NCBI GenBank assembly: GCA_037443035.1
Contig: JBBIPC010000009.1
Coordinates: forward strand, 1-64,000
Direction: 5' to 3'
DNA: 64,000 nt
From: Chthonomonadales bacterium
Lineage (GTDB): Bacteria; Armatimonadota; Chthonomonadetes; Chthonomonadales; CAJBBX01
Made by a program: the position numbers and the translations under genes. Shown one piece after another: positions 8,384 through 20,233 of the stretch (position 1 is its first letter; every line of letters begins with the position of its first letter). A model generated the notes under the pieces. It ran no database searches, was not told the origin of the DNA, and saw nothing but the letters and a program-made list of their open reading frames with translations.

Positions 8384-9996
8384 TGGATCTGCAGGATCTT
8401 CTGGAAACCGCTGAGCGCGAACGAGCAAACCGGAAACCCATGCGTATTCGGTGTTGCATGGCAGCGGGGTGTCTGTCCCAGAACGGCCAGGCTCTCAAAC
8501 AGGCCCTGACCGACGCCGTCGAGGCCGCAGGGCTGGCAGACAAGGTCGAAGTAGTGGGCGTTGGCTGCATGGGTCTTTGCAGCCAGGGGCCGCTAGTGCA
8601 GATAGATCCCGATGGACCACTGTTCGAGAAGGTCGCTCCGGAGGACGCTCCGTCCATTGTAACCGTCCTCCAGGGCGGGCAAGCCACTGCTAAGGTCGGG
8701 GATCCCGGTCACCCCTTCTTCACGAACCAGGTGCAGGTCGTGCTGGAGAACAGTGGCCGCATCAACCCCGAGCGCATCGAGTCCTACATCGAGGCCGGAG
8801 GCTATCAGGCTCTACACCAAGTTGTGCGGGAGATGCAGCCGCTGGAGGTCTGCGACCTCATCACCAATAGCGGACTGCGTGGTCGAGGAGGCGCTGGTTA
8901 TCCGACCGGGCTGAAGTGGGCAACGGTGGCCAAGACAGAGGCCGAACGGAAATACGTCGTCTGCAACGCCGACGAGGGCGACCCCGGTGCATTCATGGAC
9001 CGATCGGTGCTGGAGAGCGACCCCCATCGCGTACTCGAAGGCATGGCCATCGCTGCCTACGCTGTGGGCGCGTCCCAGGGGTATGTCTATGTACGCGGCG
9101 AATACCCGCTGGCCATTGGTCGCCTAAAGACAGCTATTGCTCAGGCAAGACGGCTAGGTATTCTGGGCGCTGGCGTCTTCGAAACGCGGTTCGACTTCAG
9201 GGTCGATATCCGTATCGGGGCGGGCGCTTTCGTCTGCGGCGAGGAAACGGCCTTGATGCGGTCTATCGAAGGCCAGCGAGGTACACCGCGTCCTCGACCT
9301 CCATTCCCCGCTGCGCGCGGTCTCTGGGGATATCCCACACTCATCAACAACGTGGAAACGCTGGCGAACGTGCCAACCATCATTCGCCGCGGCGCCGAGT
9401 GGTTCGCCGGTATCGGTACGGAGAAGAGCAAAGGCACGAAGGTGTTCGCGCTAGCGGGCAAGGTGACCAACACCGGTCTCATCGAAGTGCCCATGGGCAC
9501 GCCTCTCCGCACCATTGTCGAGGAAATGGGCGGCGGAGTTCCTGACGGAGGCAAGGTCAAGGCAGTGCAGACCGGCGGGCCTTCAGGCGGCTGTATCCCA
9601 GCGGAACACCTGGACACACCGGTGGATTACGAGTCCCTGGCTCAGCTCGGCTCCATCATGGGGTCCGGCGGCATGATCGTCATGGATGAAGCGGACAACA
9701 TGGTAGACGTCGCTCGGTTCTTCATGGAGTTCTGCATGGATGAGTCGTGCGGCAAATGCATTCCATGCAGGGCCGGTACCGTGCAGATCCACCGCCTGTT
9801 GACGAAACTGCGTGCAGGAGAAGGTACCCCGGAAGACATCGAGACGCTGCGTGAACTGTGCGAGATGGTCAAGCAGACAAGCCTCTGCGGACTTGGCCAG
9901 TCGGCGCCCAATCCGGTTCTGAGCACGCTGCGGTACTTCCGTCACGAATACGACGAGCTGGTGACGAAGTCCGGCAGCAACGGGAACAAGGGCTGA
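8383..9996 (+). CDS. hoxF: Bidirectional hydrogenase diaphorase subunit HoxF (FMN/NADH binding)
   Basis: TGATG overlap with hoxE; N-terminal thioredoxin-like 2Fe domain; [27 protein letters not shown] and [10 protein letters not shown] motifs. Confidence 0.93.
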   Translation: MDLQDLLETAERERANRKPMRIRCCMAAGCLSQNGQALKQALTDAVEAAGLADKVEVVGVGCMGLCSQGPLVQIDPDGPLFEKVAPEDAPSIVTVLQGGQATAKVGDPGHPFFTNQVQVVLENSGRINPERIESYIEAGGYQALHQVVREMQPLEVCDLITNSGLRGRGGAGYPTGLKWATVAKTEAERKYVVCNADEGDPGAFMDRSVLESDPHRVLEGMAIAAYAVGASQGYVYVRGEYPLAIGRLKTAIAQARRLGILGAGVFETRFDFRVDIRIGAGAFVCGEETALMRSIEGQRGTPRPRPPFPAARGLWGYPTLINNVETLANVPTIIRRGAEWFAGIGTEKSKGTKVFALAGKVTNTGLIEVPMGTPLRTIVEEMGGGVPDGGKVKAVQTGGPSGGCIPAEHLDTPVDYESLAQLGSIMGSGGMIVMDEADNMVDVARFFMEFCMDESCGKCIPCRAGTVQIHRLLTKLRAGEGTPEDIETLRELCEMVKQTSLCGLGQSAPNPVLSTLRYFRHEYDELVTKSGSNGNKG

Positions 9997-10020
9997 GGCT
10001 AGAGAGGCAAGAGGAAAGAT

Positions 10021-10737
10021 ATGGCAGTCAAGACCCTAACGATTGACGGCAAACCGGTCTCTGCGAGAGAGGACGAGACGATCCTCGAGGCTGCTCGTCA
10101 GGCCGGCATACGGATTCCCACACTCTGCCAGTTGTCCGGGGTGTCCAATCTGGGCGCATGTCGCCTCTGTCTGGTGGAGGTGACCGGAGTTCCGAAGCTT
10201 CTCCCCGCGTGCGTGACCGTCGTCCAGGAAGGGATGGAAGTCCTGACGAACACCGAACGCCTGCGGCGTTACCGGCAGATGATTGTCGAGCTGCTGTTCG
10301 CCGAACGGAACCATGTCTGCGCCGTGTGTGTTGCCAATGGTCACTGCGAGCTACAGGACCTGGCCATCGAGGTCGGCATGACACACAGTCGATTCGAATA
10401 CCGCTTCCCCGCACTGGAGGTGGACACGACGCACGGGAAGTTCGGTATAGACCACAATCGCTGTGTGCTCTGTGCACGATGCATGCGCGTCTGCGACGAG
10501 ATCGAGGGCGCCCATACGTGGGATCTTGCCGGACGTGGAGCCAAGACGCGGGTGATCACCGACCTGAACGTGCCGTGGGGTTCCGCCACGAGCTGCACAT
10601 CCTGCGGCAAGTGCGTCCAGGCCTGTCCGACTGGCGCCATTTTCCGTATCGGCGCGACCGTGGCGGAGATGCAGAAGGATCGCACACGGCTCGACTTCAT
10701 CGTCACGGCACGGGAGAAGAAGCAATGGCTCGGGTAA
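10021..10737 (+). CDS. hoxU: Bidirectional hydrogenase subunit HoxU
   Basis: IPTLC, CRLC, HVCAVC...C, CVLCARC and [12 protein letters not shown]e-S motifs. Confidence 0.93.
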   Translation: MAVKTLTIDGKPVSAREDETILEAARQAGIRIPTLCQLSGVSNLGACRLCLVEVTGVPKLLPACVTVVQEGMEVLTNTERLRRYRQMIVELLFAERNHVCAVCVANGHCELQDLAIEVGMTHSRFEYRFPALEVDTTHGKFGIDHNRCVLCARCMRVCDEIEGAHTWDLAGRGAKTRVITDLNVPWGSATSCTSCGKCVQACPTGAIFRIGATVAEMQKDRTRLDFIVTAREKKQWLG

Positions 10738-11267
10738 GAGTTGCGACCATCTGGTTCGGTGGTTGTTCGGGTTGCCACATGTCGTTCCTGGATATGGACG
10801 AGTTCCTCATCGATCTAGCCGAGAAGGTCGAGATCGTCTACAGTCCAGTGGCGGACGTCAAGGAGTATCCCGAGAACGTGGACCTGTGCCTGGTCGAGGG
10901 TGCAGTGGCCAACGACGAGCATGTCGAACTAGCCCACATCATCCGGAAACGCACGAAGACCGTTATCGCCTTCGGCGACTGCGCAGTGACGGGCAACGTG
11001 ACCGCCATGCGTAACCCCTTGGGTTCCGTTGAGCCCATTCTTCAGAAGATCTACGTGGAAGCAGCAACACTGCACGGCAGAATCCCGTTCGAGAAGGGGA
11101 TTGTTCCCACGTTGCTCGACCGGGTCCAGCCTTTGCACGAAGTCATCAAGGTGGATGCGTTCCTTCCGGGATGTCCGCCACCTGCCGATCGGATCCGAAC
11201 GATGCTCGAGAAGGCTCTTGCTGGCGAACCGCTGGTGCTCGAAGGCGCTAACCTCAAGCCAGGCTAG
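10725..11267 (+). CDS. hoxY: [NiFe]-hydrogenase small subunit HoxY
   Basis: Starts [24 protein letters not shown] and PGCPP motifs. The true start lies inside ORF 10158-11267. Confidence 0.93.
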   Translation: MARVRVATIWFGGCSGCHMSFLDMDEFLIDLAEKVEIVYSPVADVKEYPENVDLCLVEGAVANDEHVELAHIIRKRTKTVIAFGDCAVTGNVTAMRNPLGSVEPILQKIYVEAATLHGRIPFEKGIVPTLLDRVQPLHEVIKVDAFLPGCPPPADRIRTMLEKALAGEPLVLEGANLKPG

Positions 11268-11325
11268 GATGCATGCGAGCGCCTTCCATAGACGACAGAG
11301 GGTTCACAAACAACGGAGATACGAA

Positions 11326-12747
11326 ATGCCAGATCGCATAGTCATAGACCCGGTTACCCGCATCGAAGGGCATGCCAAGATCAGCATCTTTCTCGATGAG
11401 GAAGGGCAGGTCAGCGACGCTCGCTTCCATGTAACGGAGTACCGGGGTTTCGAGAGGTTCTGCGAGGGCAGACCTTTCTGGGAGATGCCAGGCATCACCG
11501 CCCGCATTTGTGGCATATGCCCCATCAGCCACATCCTGGCCTCGGCCAAGGCGGGTGACGGAATACTTGCGGTTCAGATCTCCCCCACTGCCAACAAGCT
11601 TCGACGCCTCATGAACCTGGGCCAGATCACCCAATCCCACGCGCTCAGTTTCTTTCATCTGAGCGCCCCCGACTTTCTCCTCGGCTTCGATAGCGAACCG
11701 GCAAGCAGGAACGTTTTCGGCCTCATCAAGGCTAATCCCGAGCTTGCCAGGAGGGGCATCCGACTGCGGCAGTTCGGGCAGGATGTCATCCGTCACTTGG
11801 GCGGCAGCAAGATCCACCCCGCTTGGGCCACCCCGGGCGGAGTCCGCTCAGCTCTGACTGAAGAAGCGCGTGAGGACATTCGCCAGCGGCTGCCGGAGGC
11901 CTTCGAGACTACCAAGATGGCCCTGGATCTCTTCAAGGGGCTGCTGAACCAGTACGGCAGGGAGTCCCAGATCTTCGGCAACTTCCCGAGCCTCTACATG
12001 GGATTGGTAGCACCGGACGGAACATGGGAGCATCACGATGGCCATTTGCGGTTCGTGGATAGCGCTCGCAACATCATCGCAGACGGACTGAGCGCCCAGG
12101 ATTATCAGTCGTTCATCGGTGAAGCAGTAGAGCCGTGGTCCTACCTGAAGTTCCCCTATTACAAGCCCATGGGCTATCCGGACGGCTGCTACCGTGTCGG
12201 TCCGCTCGCACGCCTGAACGTGTGCGATCGCATGGGCACGCCCCTTGCGGATGCCGAGCTTCGCGAATTCCGTGGAGCGAGCACCGCTGTCAACTCGTCG
12301 TTCCTCTACCATCAGGCGCGGCTCATCGAGATCCTCTGCGCTCTGGAGAATATCGAACGGCTCATAGACGATCCGGATATCATGGGCGAACGCCTCCGAG
12401 CCGACGCGGGCGTGAATGCGCTCGAATCCGTAGGAGTGAGCGAAGCGCCGCGCGGCACGCTGTTCCATCATTACCGCGTAGATAAGTACGGTAGGCTCAC
12501 GTTCGTCAACCTGATCATCTCGACGGGTCAGAACAACGTCGCCATGAACCGCACCGTCGCTCAGATCGCCCGTCATTACATTCGCGGGCACGAGATAGCC
12601 GAGGGGTTGCTGAACCGGGTGGAGGCAGGGATCCGGTGCTTCGACCCGTGCCTGAGTTGCTCGACTCATGCCATGGGCCAGATGCCCATCTCCCTGGACA
12701 TCGTCGCGCCTACCGGCGAGGTGGTGCACCATCTGGAGCGGTCCTGA
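11326..12747 (+). CDS. hoxH: [NiFe]-hydrogenase large subunit HoxH (group 3d)
   Basis: [11 protein letters not shown]1 motif RICGIC, L2 motif DPCLSCSTH and a cleavable C-terminal extension. Confidence 0.95.
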   Translation: MPDRIVIDPVTRIEGHAKISIFLDEEGQVSDARFHVTEYRGFERFCEGRPFWEMPGITARICGICPISHILASAKAGDGILAVQISPTANKLRRLMNLGQITQSHALSFFHLSAPDFLLGFDSEPASRNVFGLIKANPELARRGIRLRQFGQDVIRHLGGSKIHPAWATPGGVRSALTEEAREDIRQRLPEAFETTKMALDLFKGLLNQYGRESQIFGNFPSLYMGLVAPDGTWEHHDGHLRFVDSARNIIADGLSAQDYQSFIGEAVEPWSYLKFPYYKPMGYPDGCYRVGPLARLNVCDRMGTPLADAELREFRGASTAVNSSFLYHQARLIEILCALENIERLIDDPDIMGERLRADAGVNALESVGVSEAPRGTLFHHYRVDKYGRLTFVNLIISTGQNNVAMNRTVAQIARHYIRGHEIAEGLLNRVEAGIRCFDPCLSCSTHAMGQMPISLDIVAPTGEVVHHLERS

Positions 12748-12754
12748 ACGCCAT

Positions 12755-13234
12755 ATGGAGCGAGAAAGGCTGCGGCAGTCCCGCAGCCTTCTCGTTCTTG
12801 CCTTCGGCAACCCATTGAGGGGCGATGATGGTGCTGCCCACTACGCCGCGCAGTTGCTGGAAGGGAATTCTGCTTTCCCGGGAACCGTCCTCTGCGTTCA
12901 TCAGCTAACTCCCGACCTTGCAGCGACGTTGAACGCCTACGATCGCGTCATCTTCCTCGATGCCCGCCTACCCGATGTGAACAACGAAGTGAATGTCATG
13001 CGGCTCGAGGCGGAGACGGCCACCCCGCCGGGGCTGGGACATACGCTCTCCCCGGCCCAGCTTCTTGCTATCGCACGCGCCCTGGACGGACAGGTCCCCG
13101 AAGCTTGGCTCATAACCATTCCGGCCGAGGAGTTCGCATTTGGCTTCAGCCTGTCGCCAACAGCCCTTCGCGGAGCACAGGAGGCGGCGCGGGTGGTAAC
13201 TGCCATGGCTCTCGACCAAGTATCGTCCATCTGA
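12755..13234 (+). CDS. hoxW: Hydrogenase maturation protease
   Basis: GNPLRGDDG, HQLTP, VIFLDA and H motifs; directly follows hoxH. Confidence 0.88.
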   Translation: MERERLRQSRSLLVLAFGNPLRGDDGAAHYAAQLLEGNSAFPGTVLCVHQLTPDLAATLNAYDRVIFLDARLPDVNNEVNVMRLEAETATPPGLGHTLSPAQLLAIARALDGQVPEAWLITIPAEEFAFGFSLSPTALRGAQEAARVVTAMALDQVSSI

Positions 13235-13237
13235 ATC

Positions 13238-13579
13238 ATGCACGAACTGAGCATCATGGATAGCACGCTGCGCATCGCTATCCAGCACGCAGAAGCGCAA
13301 CAGGCCACACGCATCCACCGTATCACCATGCGCATTGGCGAGCTTTCGGGTGTTGCGATGGACGCACTCACCTTCGCGTTCGAGGTCCTGAGCAATGACA
13401 CGCCGGCCAGCGGGGCGGAGCTGGAGATCGAGAGAGTGCCAGCGCGCTGCCGGTGCACGGGATGTGGTAAGGAGTTCACCCCCGAAGGACCCATCTTCAC
13501 GTGCCCAGATTGCGGCGAGCTCAGTGCCACGATCGTTCAGGGCCGGGAGATGGAGTTGGTATCCATGGAGGTATCCTGA
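13238..13579 (+). CDS. hypA: Nickel metallochaperone HypA
   Basis: MHE N-terminus, two CxxC motifs, GRE. Confidence 0.95.
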   Translation: MHELSIMDSTLRIAIQHAEAQQATRIHRITMRIGELSGVAMDALTFAFEVLSNDTPASGAELEIERVPARCRCTGCGKEFTPEGPIFTCPDCGELSATIVQGREMELVSMEVS

Positions 13580-13584
13580 GAACG

Positions 13585-14298
13585 ATGGCGCCAACCTCCG
13601 CACCACGTACGATAGTCGTCAACGAGACCGTCCTCGAAAAGAACGACACTGTTGCACACAGGAACCGCGCGCTGATCTCGTCTTGGCGGTGCCTCGCCGT
13701 CAATATGCTATCGTCGCCTGGTTCCGGGAAGACGTCGCTCCTGGAACGGACCCTCCGCGACCTATCGCCTACCCTGCCCTTGGCTGTCATCGTCGGGGAC
13801 CTGGCCACCGACAACGATGCGAGGCGGTTGGCGACAGGGAACGCACCTGTCGTGCAGATTAACACGCTGGATATCTGCCATCTGGACGCGGGGATGATCG
13901 AAAGAGCCCTTCCGGAGATTGCACCAGCCCGTCCTCGCATTCTCTTCATCGAGAATGTCGGCAACATGGTCTGTCCTGCGGCGTTTCAGCTCGGTGAGCA
14001 TGTCCGTGCAGTGCTCATGTCAGTCACTGAAGGTGAGGACAAGCCGCTGAAGTATCCCACCCTGTTCAAGACTGCGGATGTGGTGGTGCTGACCAAGATG
14101 GACATTGCCGAGGCCGTAGGATTCGATCGCCAGACAGCTCTCGCGAATGTTCATGCTATCGCCCCTCAAGCGGATGTCGTCCTGACCTCTGCACGCACGG
14201 GTGAGGGACTCGAGCAGTGGTACGACTGGTTAGGACAGCGTGTGGAAAAGGAGTATGTCAATGGCGACGCTCGACAACGAAGCGCTGGAGTATCATAG
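13585..14298 (+). CDS. hypB: Hydrogenase nickel incorporation GTPase HypB
   Basis: SSPGSGKT, CH, ENVGN..CP and EGEDKPLKYP motifs; no His-rich N-terminus. Confidence 0.95.
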   Translation: MAPTSAPRTIVVNETVLEKNDTVAHRNRALISSWRCLAVNMLSSPGSGKTSLLERTLRDLSPTLPLAVIVGDLATDNDARRLATGNAPVVQINTLDICHLDAGMIERALPEIAPARPRILFIENVGNMVCPAAFQLGEHVRAVLMSVTEGEDKPLKYPTLFKTADVVVLTKMDIAEAVGFDRQTALANVHAIAPQADVVLTSARTGEGLEQWYDWLGQRVEKEYVNGDARQRSAGVS

Positions 14299-16543
14299 CC
14301 GGCCCCCTGCCGGCAAGTTGGAGATTGCTCCCACCAAACCGTGCCGGACGCAGCGTGACCTCTCGCTGGCATACACTCCCGGGGTTGCAGCACCGTGCCT
14401 GCGCATAGCCGAGGACCCGGACAGCGCCTACAGGTTCACGAACAAGGCGAACCTGGTGGCCATCATCACCAACGGAACCGCCGTTCTCGGGCTGGGGAAC
14501 ATCGGCGCACTGGCTGCGAAACCGGTCATGGAAGGCAAGGCCGTGCTCTTCAAGCGCCTGGCCGATGTCAACGCGGTAGATATCGAAGTCGCCACTGAGG
14601 ACCCGGAGGAATTCATCCGCACCGTACGCTTGCTCGAGCCGGCGTTCGGCGGTATCAATCTCGAGGACATTCGTGCTCCCGAATGTTTCGAGATCGAACA
14701 GCGACTGGAGGCGGAATGCAGCATTCCTGTGTTTCACGATGACCAGCACGGCACGGCTATCATCACAGGCGCTGCTCTGCTCAACGCCTTGGAGCTCATC
14801 GGTAAGCGCATCGAAGATGTTCGCATCGTCTTCCTGGGCGCGGGGGCGGCCGCCATCGCCACTGCGCGGTACTATGTTCTGCTCGGTGCGCGTCGCGAGA
14901 ACATCGTCCTCTGCGACCGTGAGGGCGTGATCTACGAGGGCCGCTCGTCCCACATGAATCCTGTGAAACAAGCCTTCGCAGCGAAAACGGACGCGCGGAC
15001 GGCCGCTGAGGCCCTCGTGGATGCTGATGTACTCGTCGGCTTATCCGTGGCCGGCGCTGTGACACAGGAGATGGTCCGGCGCATGGCTGCGCGTCCCATC
15101 ATCTTCGCTCTGGCCAATCCCGACCCCGAGATTACCTTCGACGACGCCCGGGCGGCCAGACCGGATGCCATCGTCGCCACTGGCAGGTCCGATTACCCGA
15201 ACCAGGTCAACAACGTGCTGGGCTTTCCCTTCATCTTCCGCGGCGCCCTGGACGTTCGGGCAGCCTACATCAATGATGCTATGAAGGTGGCAGCCTCTCG
15301 AGCACTGGCCGCCCTCGCTCGAGAGGATGTCCCAGATTCGGTGACGGCTGCCTATGGTGTCACGTCGTTGCACTTTGGCCCGGACTACCTGATCCCCAAA
15401 CCCTTCGATCCGCGTGCCATGCTCTGGGTCGCCCCAGCGGTTGCGCAGGCAGCCATGGAGACTGGCGTCGCGCGTATCAGCATTGACCTCGACCATTATC
15501 GTGACGAGCTCGAGGCCAGAATGGGCAAGGGCCGTGAGATGATGCGGGTTGTCATGAACAAGGCGCGGCGGTCACCTCGACGTGTCCTTCTTGTGAACGG
15601 TGACCACGAGAAGATGATACGCGCAGCTCATCAGTTGGCCGAGGAGAAACTGGCCCATCCGATCCTGCTTGCGGATCCGCGAACCATTGCAGCGAAAGCC
15701 AGCGAGCTGCAGATCGAGCTGTCTGGAGTCACCATCGCGGATCCTGCCGATCCGGACCTTCGAAAGCGCTGTGCGGAGCGTCTCTACGATTTGCGATGGC
15801 GTAAGGGCGTAACGAGGACGGAGGCTGAAGAGCTGGTGCTCCAACCCAACTACCTCGGTGCGCTCATGGTGGATCTCGGCGAGGCGGACACGCTCATCAC
15901 TGGCCTGCGGTCCAACTACGGAGATGCTCTGCGCCCCTTGCTGCAGGTCATCAAGACACTGCCGGATTGTCGAATCGCCGCTGGCGTCTACCTCATCGCC
16001 ACCCGCTATGACGTGCTCTTCTTCGCGGACGCCGCTGTGAACATTGACCCCGACGCAGACAGCCTTGCCAACGTCGCCCTTCGCACCGCCAAGCTCGCCC
16101 GCGACTTCGACGTCGAACCGCGGATCGCTATGATCAGTTTCTCCGACTTCGGCAGCGTCCGCCACCCACGGTCAGAGAAGGTTCGTCAGGCGGTGGAGAT
16201 CATACGTCTTCGCCAGCCGGACCTTGTCGTGGACGGCGAGGTGTCCGTGGAAGTTGCGCTGTCGGCTGCTACCCTGCTGGCTACATACCCACGTAGTCGG
16301 CTGGACGACCGCGCCAACGTTCTCATCTTCCCCAGCCTGGAGGCGGGCACGGCCGCTTGGCAGCTTGTCCATCGTCTCGGGAACGCCGACGTCATCGGCC
16401 CCATACTTGTGGGTATGAGGAAGGCAGTCCACGTCGTCATGCGCACTGCAGAGGTTCAGGACATCGTCAATCTGGCGGCCATCGGCACCGTGCAGGCGCT
16501 CCAACGGGAGGCCATGACCGAACTTAGCCGGAGCGGAGCGTAA
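14261..16543 (+). CDS. maeB: NADP-dependent malic enzyme with C-terminal phosphotransacetylase-like domain
   Basis: [35 protein letters not shown] and [16 protein letters not shown]-like C-terminal half. SD AAGGAG precedes the start (alternative ATG 14255). Confidence 0.95.
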   Translation: MATLDNEALEYHSRPPAGKLEIAPTKPCRTQRDLSLAYTPGVAAPCLRIAEDPDSAYRFTNKANLVAIITNGTAVLGLGNIGALAAKPVMEGKAVLFKRLADVNAVDIEVATEDPEEFIRTVRLLEPAFGGINLEDIRAPECFEIEQRLEAECSIPVFHDDQHGTAIITGAALLNALELIGKRIEDVRIVFLGAGAAAIATARYYVLLGARRENIVLCDREGVIYEGRSSHMNPVKQAFAAKTDARTAAEALVDADVLVGLSVAGAVTQEMVRRMAARPIIFALANPDPEITFDDARAARPDAIVATGRSDYPNQVNNVLGFPFIFRGALDVRAAYINDAMKVAASRALAALAREDVPDSVTAAYGVTSLHFGPDYLIPKPFDPRAMLWVAPAVAQAAMETGVARISIDLDHYRDELEARMGKGREMMRVVMNKARRSPRRVLLVNGDHEKMIRAAHQLAEEKLAHPILLADPRTIAAKASELQIELSGVTIADPADPDLRKRCAERLYDLRWRKGVTRTEAEELVLQPNYLGALMVDLGEADTLITGLRSNYGDALRPLLQVIKTLPDCRIAAGVYLIATRYDVLFFADAAVNIDPDADSLANVALRTAKLARDFDVEPRIAMISFSDFGSVRHPRSEKVRQAVEIIRLRQPDLVVDGEVSVEVALSAATLLATYPRSRLDDRANVLIFPSLEAGTAAWQLVHRLGNADVIGPILVGMRKAVHVVMRTAEVQDIVNLAAIGTVQALQREAMTELSRSGA

Positions 16544-16554
16544 TCCCACCGGCC

Positions 16555-18891
16555 ATGTCAACCGAGCAGATGAGCACGCGCCTCCGTGCCGTCTACCGAG
16601 GCGCGGTCCAAGGCGTCGGGTTTCGACCGTTCCTGTATCGGCTTGCCACCGAGCTGAAACTCCGTGGTTGGGTCGCCAACACGCCAGACGGCGCCATTGT
16701 AGAGGTCGAGGGACCTGCCCCGATCGCAGAGGAGTTCCTCATCCGCTCCCAGCGCGAGCATCCCCCACACGCCTCCATTCAGAGCTTGGAGGCCACGCAC
16801 TTGGACCCAGTAGGATACGAGCGCTTCGAGATTCGCCATAGCGTCCAGGAGGGCGCTCGCCGCGCCTTCATTCTGCCGGACATCGCGACGTGCGAGGACT
16901 GCCTGCGCGAGCTGCGAGATACGTCCGATCGGCGATACGGCTACCCCTTCATCAACTGTACCAACTGCGGACCGCGCTACAGCATCATCCTTCGGCTTCC
17001 TTACGACCGGCCCCACACGACGATGGAACGGTTCCGGATGTGTCCGGATTGTCAGGCGGAGTACGAGGACCCCCTCGATCGCCGCTTCCATGCCCAGCCC
17101 AACGCATGTCCGGTATGCGGCCCGCATCTGGAGCTATGGGATAGTGAAGGCGTCATAGTAGCGGGTAGCGCGGACGCCATTACCACGGCGGCCGAAGCGA
17201 TTCTGGCTGGTAGCATCGTCGCCGTCAAGGGGCTAGGCGGCTTCCACCTCGTCGTGGACGCTACGAATCCAGAGGCGGTGGCCCGACTACGTATGCGAAA
17301 GCGCCGAGAGGAGAAACCACTGGCGCTCATGTGTCCGGAGCTCGCGTATGTGCGCCAGGTGTGCAACGTCTCGCCTCTCGAGGAGCGCCTTCTCACCGGC
17401 CCCGAACGCCCGATCGTTCTCCTGCGGAAAACGGAGGAAGCTGAGGATCGGCTCGCCGCGAATGTCGCGCCAGGAAATCCCCAACTAGGCATCATGCTCC
17501 CGTACACACCCCTCCATCACCTACTCATGGACCGAGTGGCGCGGCCCATCGTCGCGACAAGCGGTAACATCTCGGATGAACCCATCTGTACCGATGAACA
17601 CGAGGCACTGCACCGCCTCAGGGGCGTTGCTGACCTGTTCTTGGTGCATAACCGTCCCATAGCTCGGCATGTGGACGACTCCATCGTGCGGGTCATTCTC
17701 GGCCGAGAGCAGGTGTTGCGCAGGGCGAGGGGCTATGCGCCTCTTCCGGTGACGTTGCCCGCAGTATGTCCCGTAACGGCCGCCGTTGGGCCGCATCTGA
17801 AGGCAAGCGTTGCACTCGCTGTGGGCACGTCCGTCTACATCAGTCAGCATATCGGCGACCTCGATACGACGCCGGCTCGCCGGGCGCATGCGAGAGTGAT
17901 CAGAGACCTCTGCAGCCTCTACGAACAGCCGCCGGCGGTGATTGCAGCCGATCTCCATCCGGACTATGCCTCGACCACCGAGGCATATCGCCTGGCCGAC
18001 GAGATCGGGGCTGTCCATCCGCGCCCATCTGTTGAACCTGTTCAGCACCACTACGCTCACGTGCTCTCGTGCATGGCGGATAACGGTCTCGACGGCGCGC
18101 CACTCGGCGTCTCCTGGGACGGTACGGGTCTCGGTGCCGATGGCACGATCTGGGGTGGCGAGTTCCTGATGCCGACTGCCGATGGGTTCAGACGTGTCGG
18201 GCACCTGCGGCCGTTCCGTCTCCCCGGAGGCGATGTGGCTGCTAGAGAGCCTCGCCGAGCGGCAGCCGGGGTGCTCTACGCCATCCTCGGCAACGAAGCA
18301 CCTCGGATAGCCCTGAACCTTTTCGCCGGCGAACACGCTGCCTGGCTGCGCATGATGGAAGCAGGTGTGAACTCGCCATGGACTACCAGCGCAGGCCGTC
18401 TTTTCGACGCAATCGCGGCCATCACCAACGTTCGCACGATCAGCCGATTCGAGGGCCAGGCTGCTATGGAACTCGAGTGGTGTATTCGAAGCAATGTGGC
18501 GCCGGCGTCGTACTCGCTAGAAATAGCCGCGACGGACGCAGAGATTGTGCTCGACTGGGAAGGCATGGTCCGCGACGTTCTGGAGGACGTCCGTAGCGGA
18601 GTATCCGTGGCGGCCATTGCGCGAGGCTTTCATGAGGCGCTGGTTGCAGGTATCCTGAACGTGGCACGCTCCGTAGGGGAACCGAATGTGGTCTTGTCTG
18701 GCGGTTGCTTCCAAAACCGCTACCTTACGGAACGTACCGTCGAATCCCTGCAGCAGGCCGGATTTCGTGTCTACTGGCACCAGCGCGTTCCTCCCAACGA
18801 TGGTGGTATCGCACTGGGACAAGCGTATGCTGTTGCACGTCGCATCAGAAAGGAAGATCACGGATGTGTCTCGCCATACCCGGGCGGGTGA
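16555..18891 (+). CDS. hypF: Carbamoyltransferase HypF
   Basis: Acylphosphatase motif VQGVGFRP, zinc fingers, KGLGGFHL, QHHYAH and NDGGIALGQ. Confidence 0.96.
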   Translation: MSTEQMSTRLRAVYRGAVQGVGFRPFLYRLATELKLRGWVANTPDGAIVEVEGPAPIAEEFLIRSQREHPPHASIQSLEATHLDPVGYERFEIRHSVQEGARRAFILPDIATCEDCLRELRDTSDRRYGYPFINCTNCGPRYSIILRLPYDRPHTTMERFRMCPDCQAEYEDPLDRRFHAQPNACPVCGPHLELWDSEGVIVAGSADAITTAAEAILAGSIVAVKGLGGFHLVVDATNPEAVARLRMRKRREEKPLALMCPELAYVRQVCNVSPLEERLLTGPERPIVLLRKTEEAEDRLAANVAPGNPQLGIMLPYTPLHHLLMDRVARPIVATSGNISDEPICTDEHEALHRLRGVADLFLVHNRPIARHVDDSIVRVILGREQVLRRARGYAPLPVTLPAVCPVTAAVGPHLKASVALAVGTSVYISQHIGDLDTTPARRAHARVIRDLCSLYEQPPAVIAADLHPDYASTTEAYRLADEIGAVHPRPSVEPVQHHYAHVLSCMADNGLDGAPLGVSWDGTGLGADGTIWGGEFLMPTADGFRRVGHLRPFRLPGGDVAAREPRRAAAGVLYAILGNEAPRIALNLFAGEHAAWLRMMEAGVNSPWTTSAGRLFDAIAAITNVRTISRFEGQAAMELEWCIRSNVAPASYSLEIAATDAEIVLDWEGMVRDVLEDVRSGVSVAAIARGFHEALVAGILNVARSVGEPNVVLSGGCFQNRYLTERTVESLQQAGFRVYWHQRVPPNDGGIALGQAYAVARRIRKEDHGCVSPYPGG

Positions 18892-19130
18892 TGAGCATAA
18901 GGGAACCGGAGCACGGGCAATCGGAGCTCGAACGGACGGGCGTCGCCGATTTCGGCGGTGTCCAGAAAGAAGTGAACCTATCGCTGGTGCCGGAAGCCGG
19001 TGTCGGCGACTATGTCATCGTCCATGTTGGCTTCGCTATTAGCCGATTGGATGAGGAGGAAGCCCGCCAGACCCTCCAGTACCTGCGCGAGATGGAGGAA
19101 GCCTCGGAAGGTCTTGTCGCAGCCGAATGA
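18864..19130 (+). CDS. hypC: Hydrogenase chaperone HypC
   Basis: MCLAIPG N-terminus and VHVGFA motif. Confidence 0.96.
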   Translation: MCLAIPGRVMSIREPEHGQSELERTGVADFGGVQKEVNLSLVPEAGVGDYVIVHVGFAISRLDEEEARQTLQYLREMEEASEGLVAAE

Positions 19131-20233
19131 AGTACGTCGAAGAGTACCGGCGTCCTGAAGATGTCCGACGCGTTGCCGAGCGTCTCGCCTCTATCACGAC
19201 GCGCTCGTGGAAGATCATGGAAGTCTGCGGTGGTCAGACGCATGCCATCATTCGCTTCGGACTGGACCAGATGCTGCCACCCTCCGTAAGCTTGATTCAC
19301 GGCCCGGGCTGCCCTGTCTGCGTTACGCCGGTTGAGCTCGTGGATCGCGCCATCGCCATTGCGGCCAGGCCAGAGGTCATCTTCTGTTCTTTCGGTGACA
19401 TGCTCCGAGTGCCTGGATCTGGCCGCGACCTCATGTCGGCACGCGCGGCCGGCGCCGATGTCCGGGTGGTCTTCTCGCCGGCCGATGCAGTGGACATTGC
19501 ACGTCGCAACCCTGACCGCGAAGTCGTCTTCTTCGCCGTTGGGTTCGAGACCACGGCGCCGGCCAACGCCGCAGCGGTCGAACTGGCTCGAGCCGCCGGC
19601 TTGACAAACTTCAGCATTCTCGTCTCCCATGTGCTCGTGCCACCGGCCCTTCGGGCCATCATGAGTTCACCCGACTCAGCCGTTCACGGTTTCCTAGCAG
19701 CGGGTCACGTTTGCACCGTGACGGGCTACACCGAGTACGAGAACATCGCAGCGGAGTATGGTGTCCCCATTGTTGTCACGGGCTTCGAGCCGCTGGACAT
19801 CCTGCAGGGTGTGTACATGTGCGTGAAGCAACTCGAGGCGGGTACCTGCAACGTGCTCAACGAGTACGCGCGTTCCGTCAAGCGAGAAGGCAACCGTGCG
19901 GCCATGGCCCTCGTTGACCGCGTGTTCGAGGTAGTGGACCGCAAGTGGCGTGGCATTGGGCTCATACCCGCGAGTGGTCTGGGCCTGCGGCCGGAGTACT
20001 CGTCTTTCGATGCGCAACTGCGTTTCGACGTTGGAGACATCCACGTGGCGGAATCCTCGATCTGTATTAGCGGCCTCGTTCTTCAGGGAGTGAAACGACC
20101 GACGGAATGCCCTGCGTTCGGAACGGAGTGCACGCCTGAGCATCCCTTGGGAGCTACCATGGTCTCGTCAGAGGGGGCATGTGCCGCCTACTATCGGTAC
20201 AGACCCAGGCCATCGAACGAGCGCACACTATGA
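19127..20233 (+). CDS. hypD: Hydrogenase maturation protein HypD
   Basis: [21 protein letters not shown] and MVSSEGAC motifs. Confidence 0.96.
   Translation: MKYVEEYRRPEDVRRVAERLASITTRSWKIMEVCGGQTHAIIRFGLDQMLPPSVSLIHGPGCPVCVTPVELVDRAIAIAARPEVIFCSFGDMLRVPGSGRDLMSARAAGADVRVVFSPADAVDIARRNPDREVVFFAVGFETTAPANAAAVELARAAGLTNFSILVSHVLVPPALRAIMSSPDSAVHGFLAAGHVCTVTGYTEYENIAAEYGVPIVVTGFEPLDILQGVYMCVKQLEAGTCNVLNEYARSVKREGNRAAMALVDRVFEVVDRKWRGIGLIPASGLGLRPEYSSFDAQLRFDVGDIHVAESSICISGLVLQGVKRPTECPAFGTECTPEHPLGATMVSSEGACAAYYRYRPRPSNERTL

Noticed and set aside
10158..10724. Long N-terminal extension of HoxY (and similar extensions of HoxH, HisH, HisD, RsmG, MqnD, the GHMP kinase and the IMPase in the ORF track)
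   Set aside because: The extensions overlap neighbouring genes or the tRNA and are Arg/Pro-rich off-frame sequence. SD-supported or overlap-coupled starts match the family N-termini.
12640..12670. Selenocysteine-containing [NiFeSe] hydrogenase
   Set aside because: The L2 motif is DPCLSC with ordinary Cys codons.
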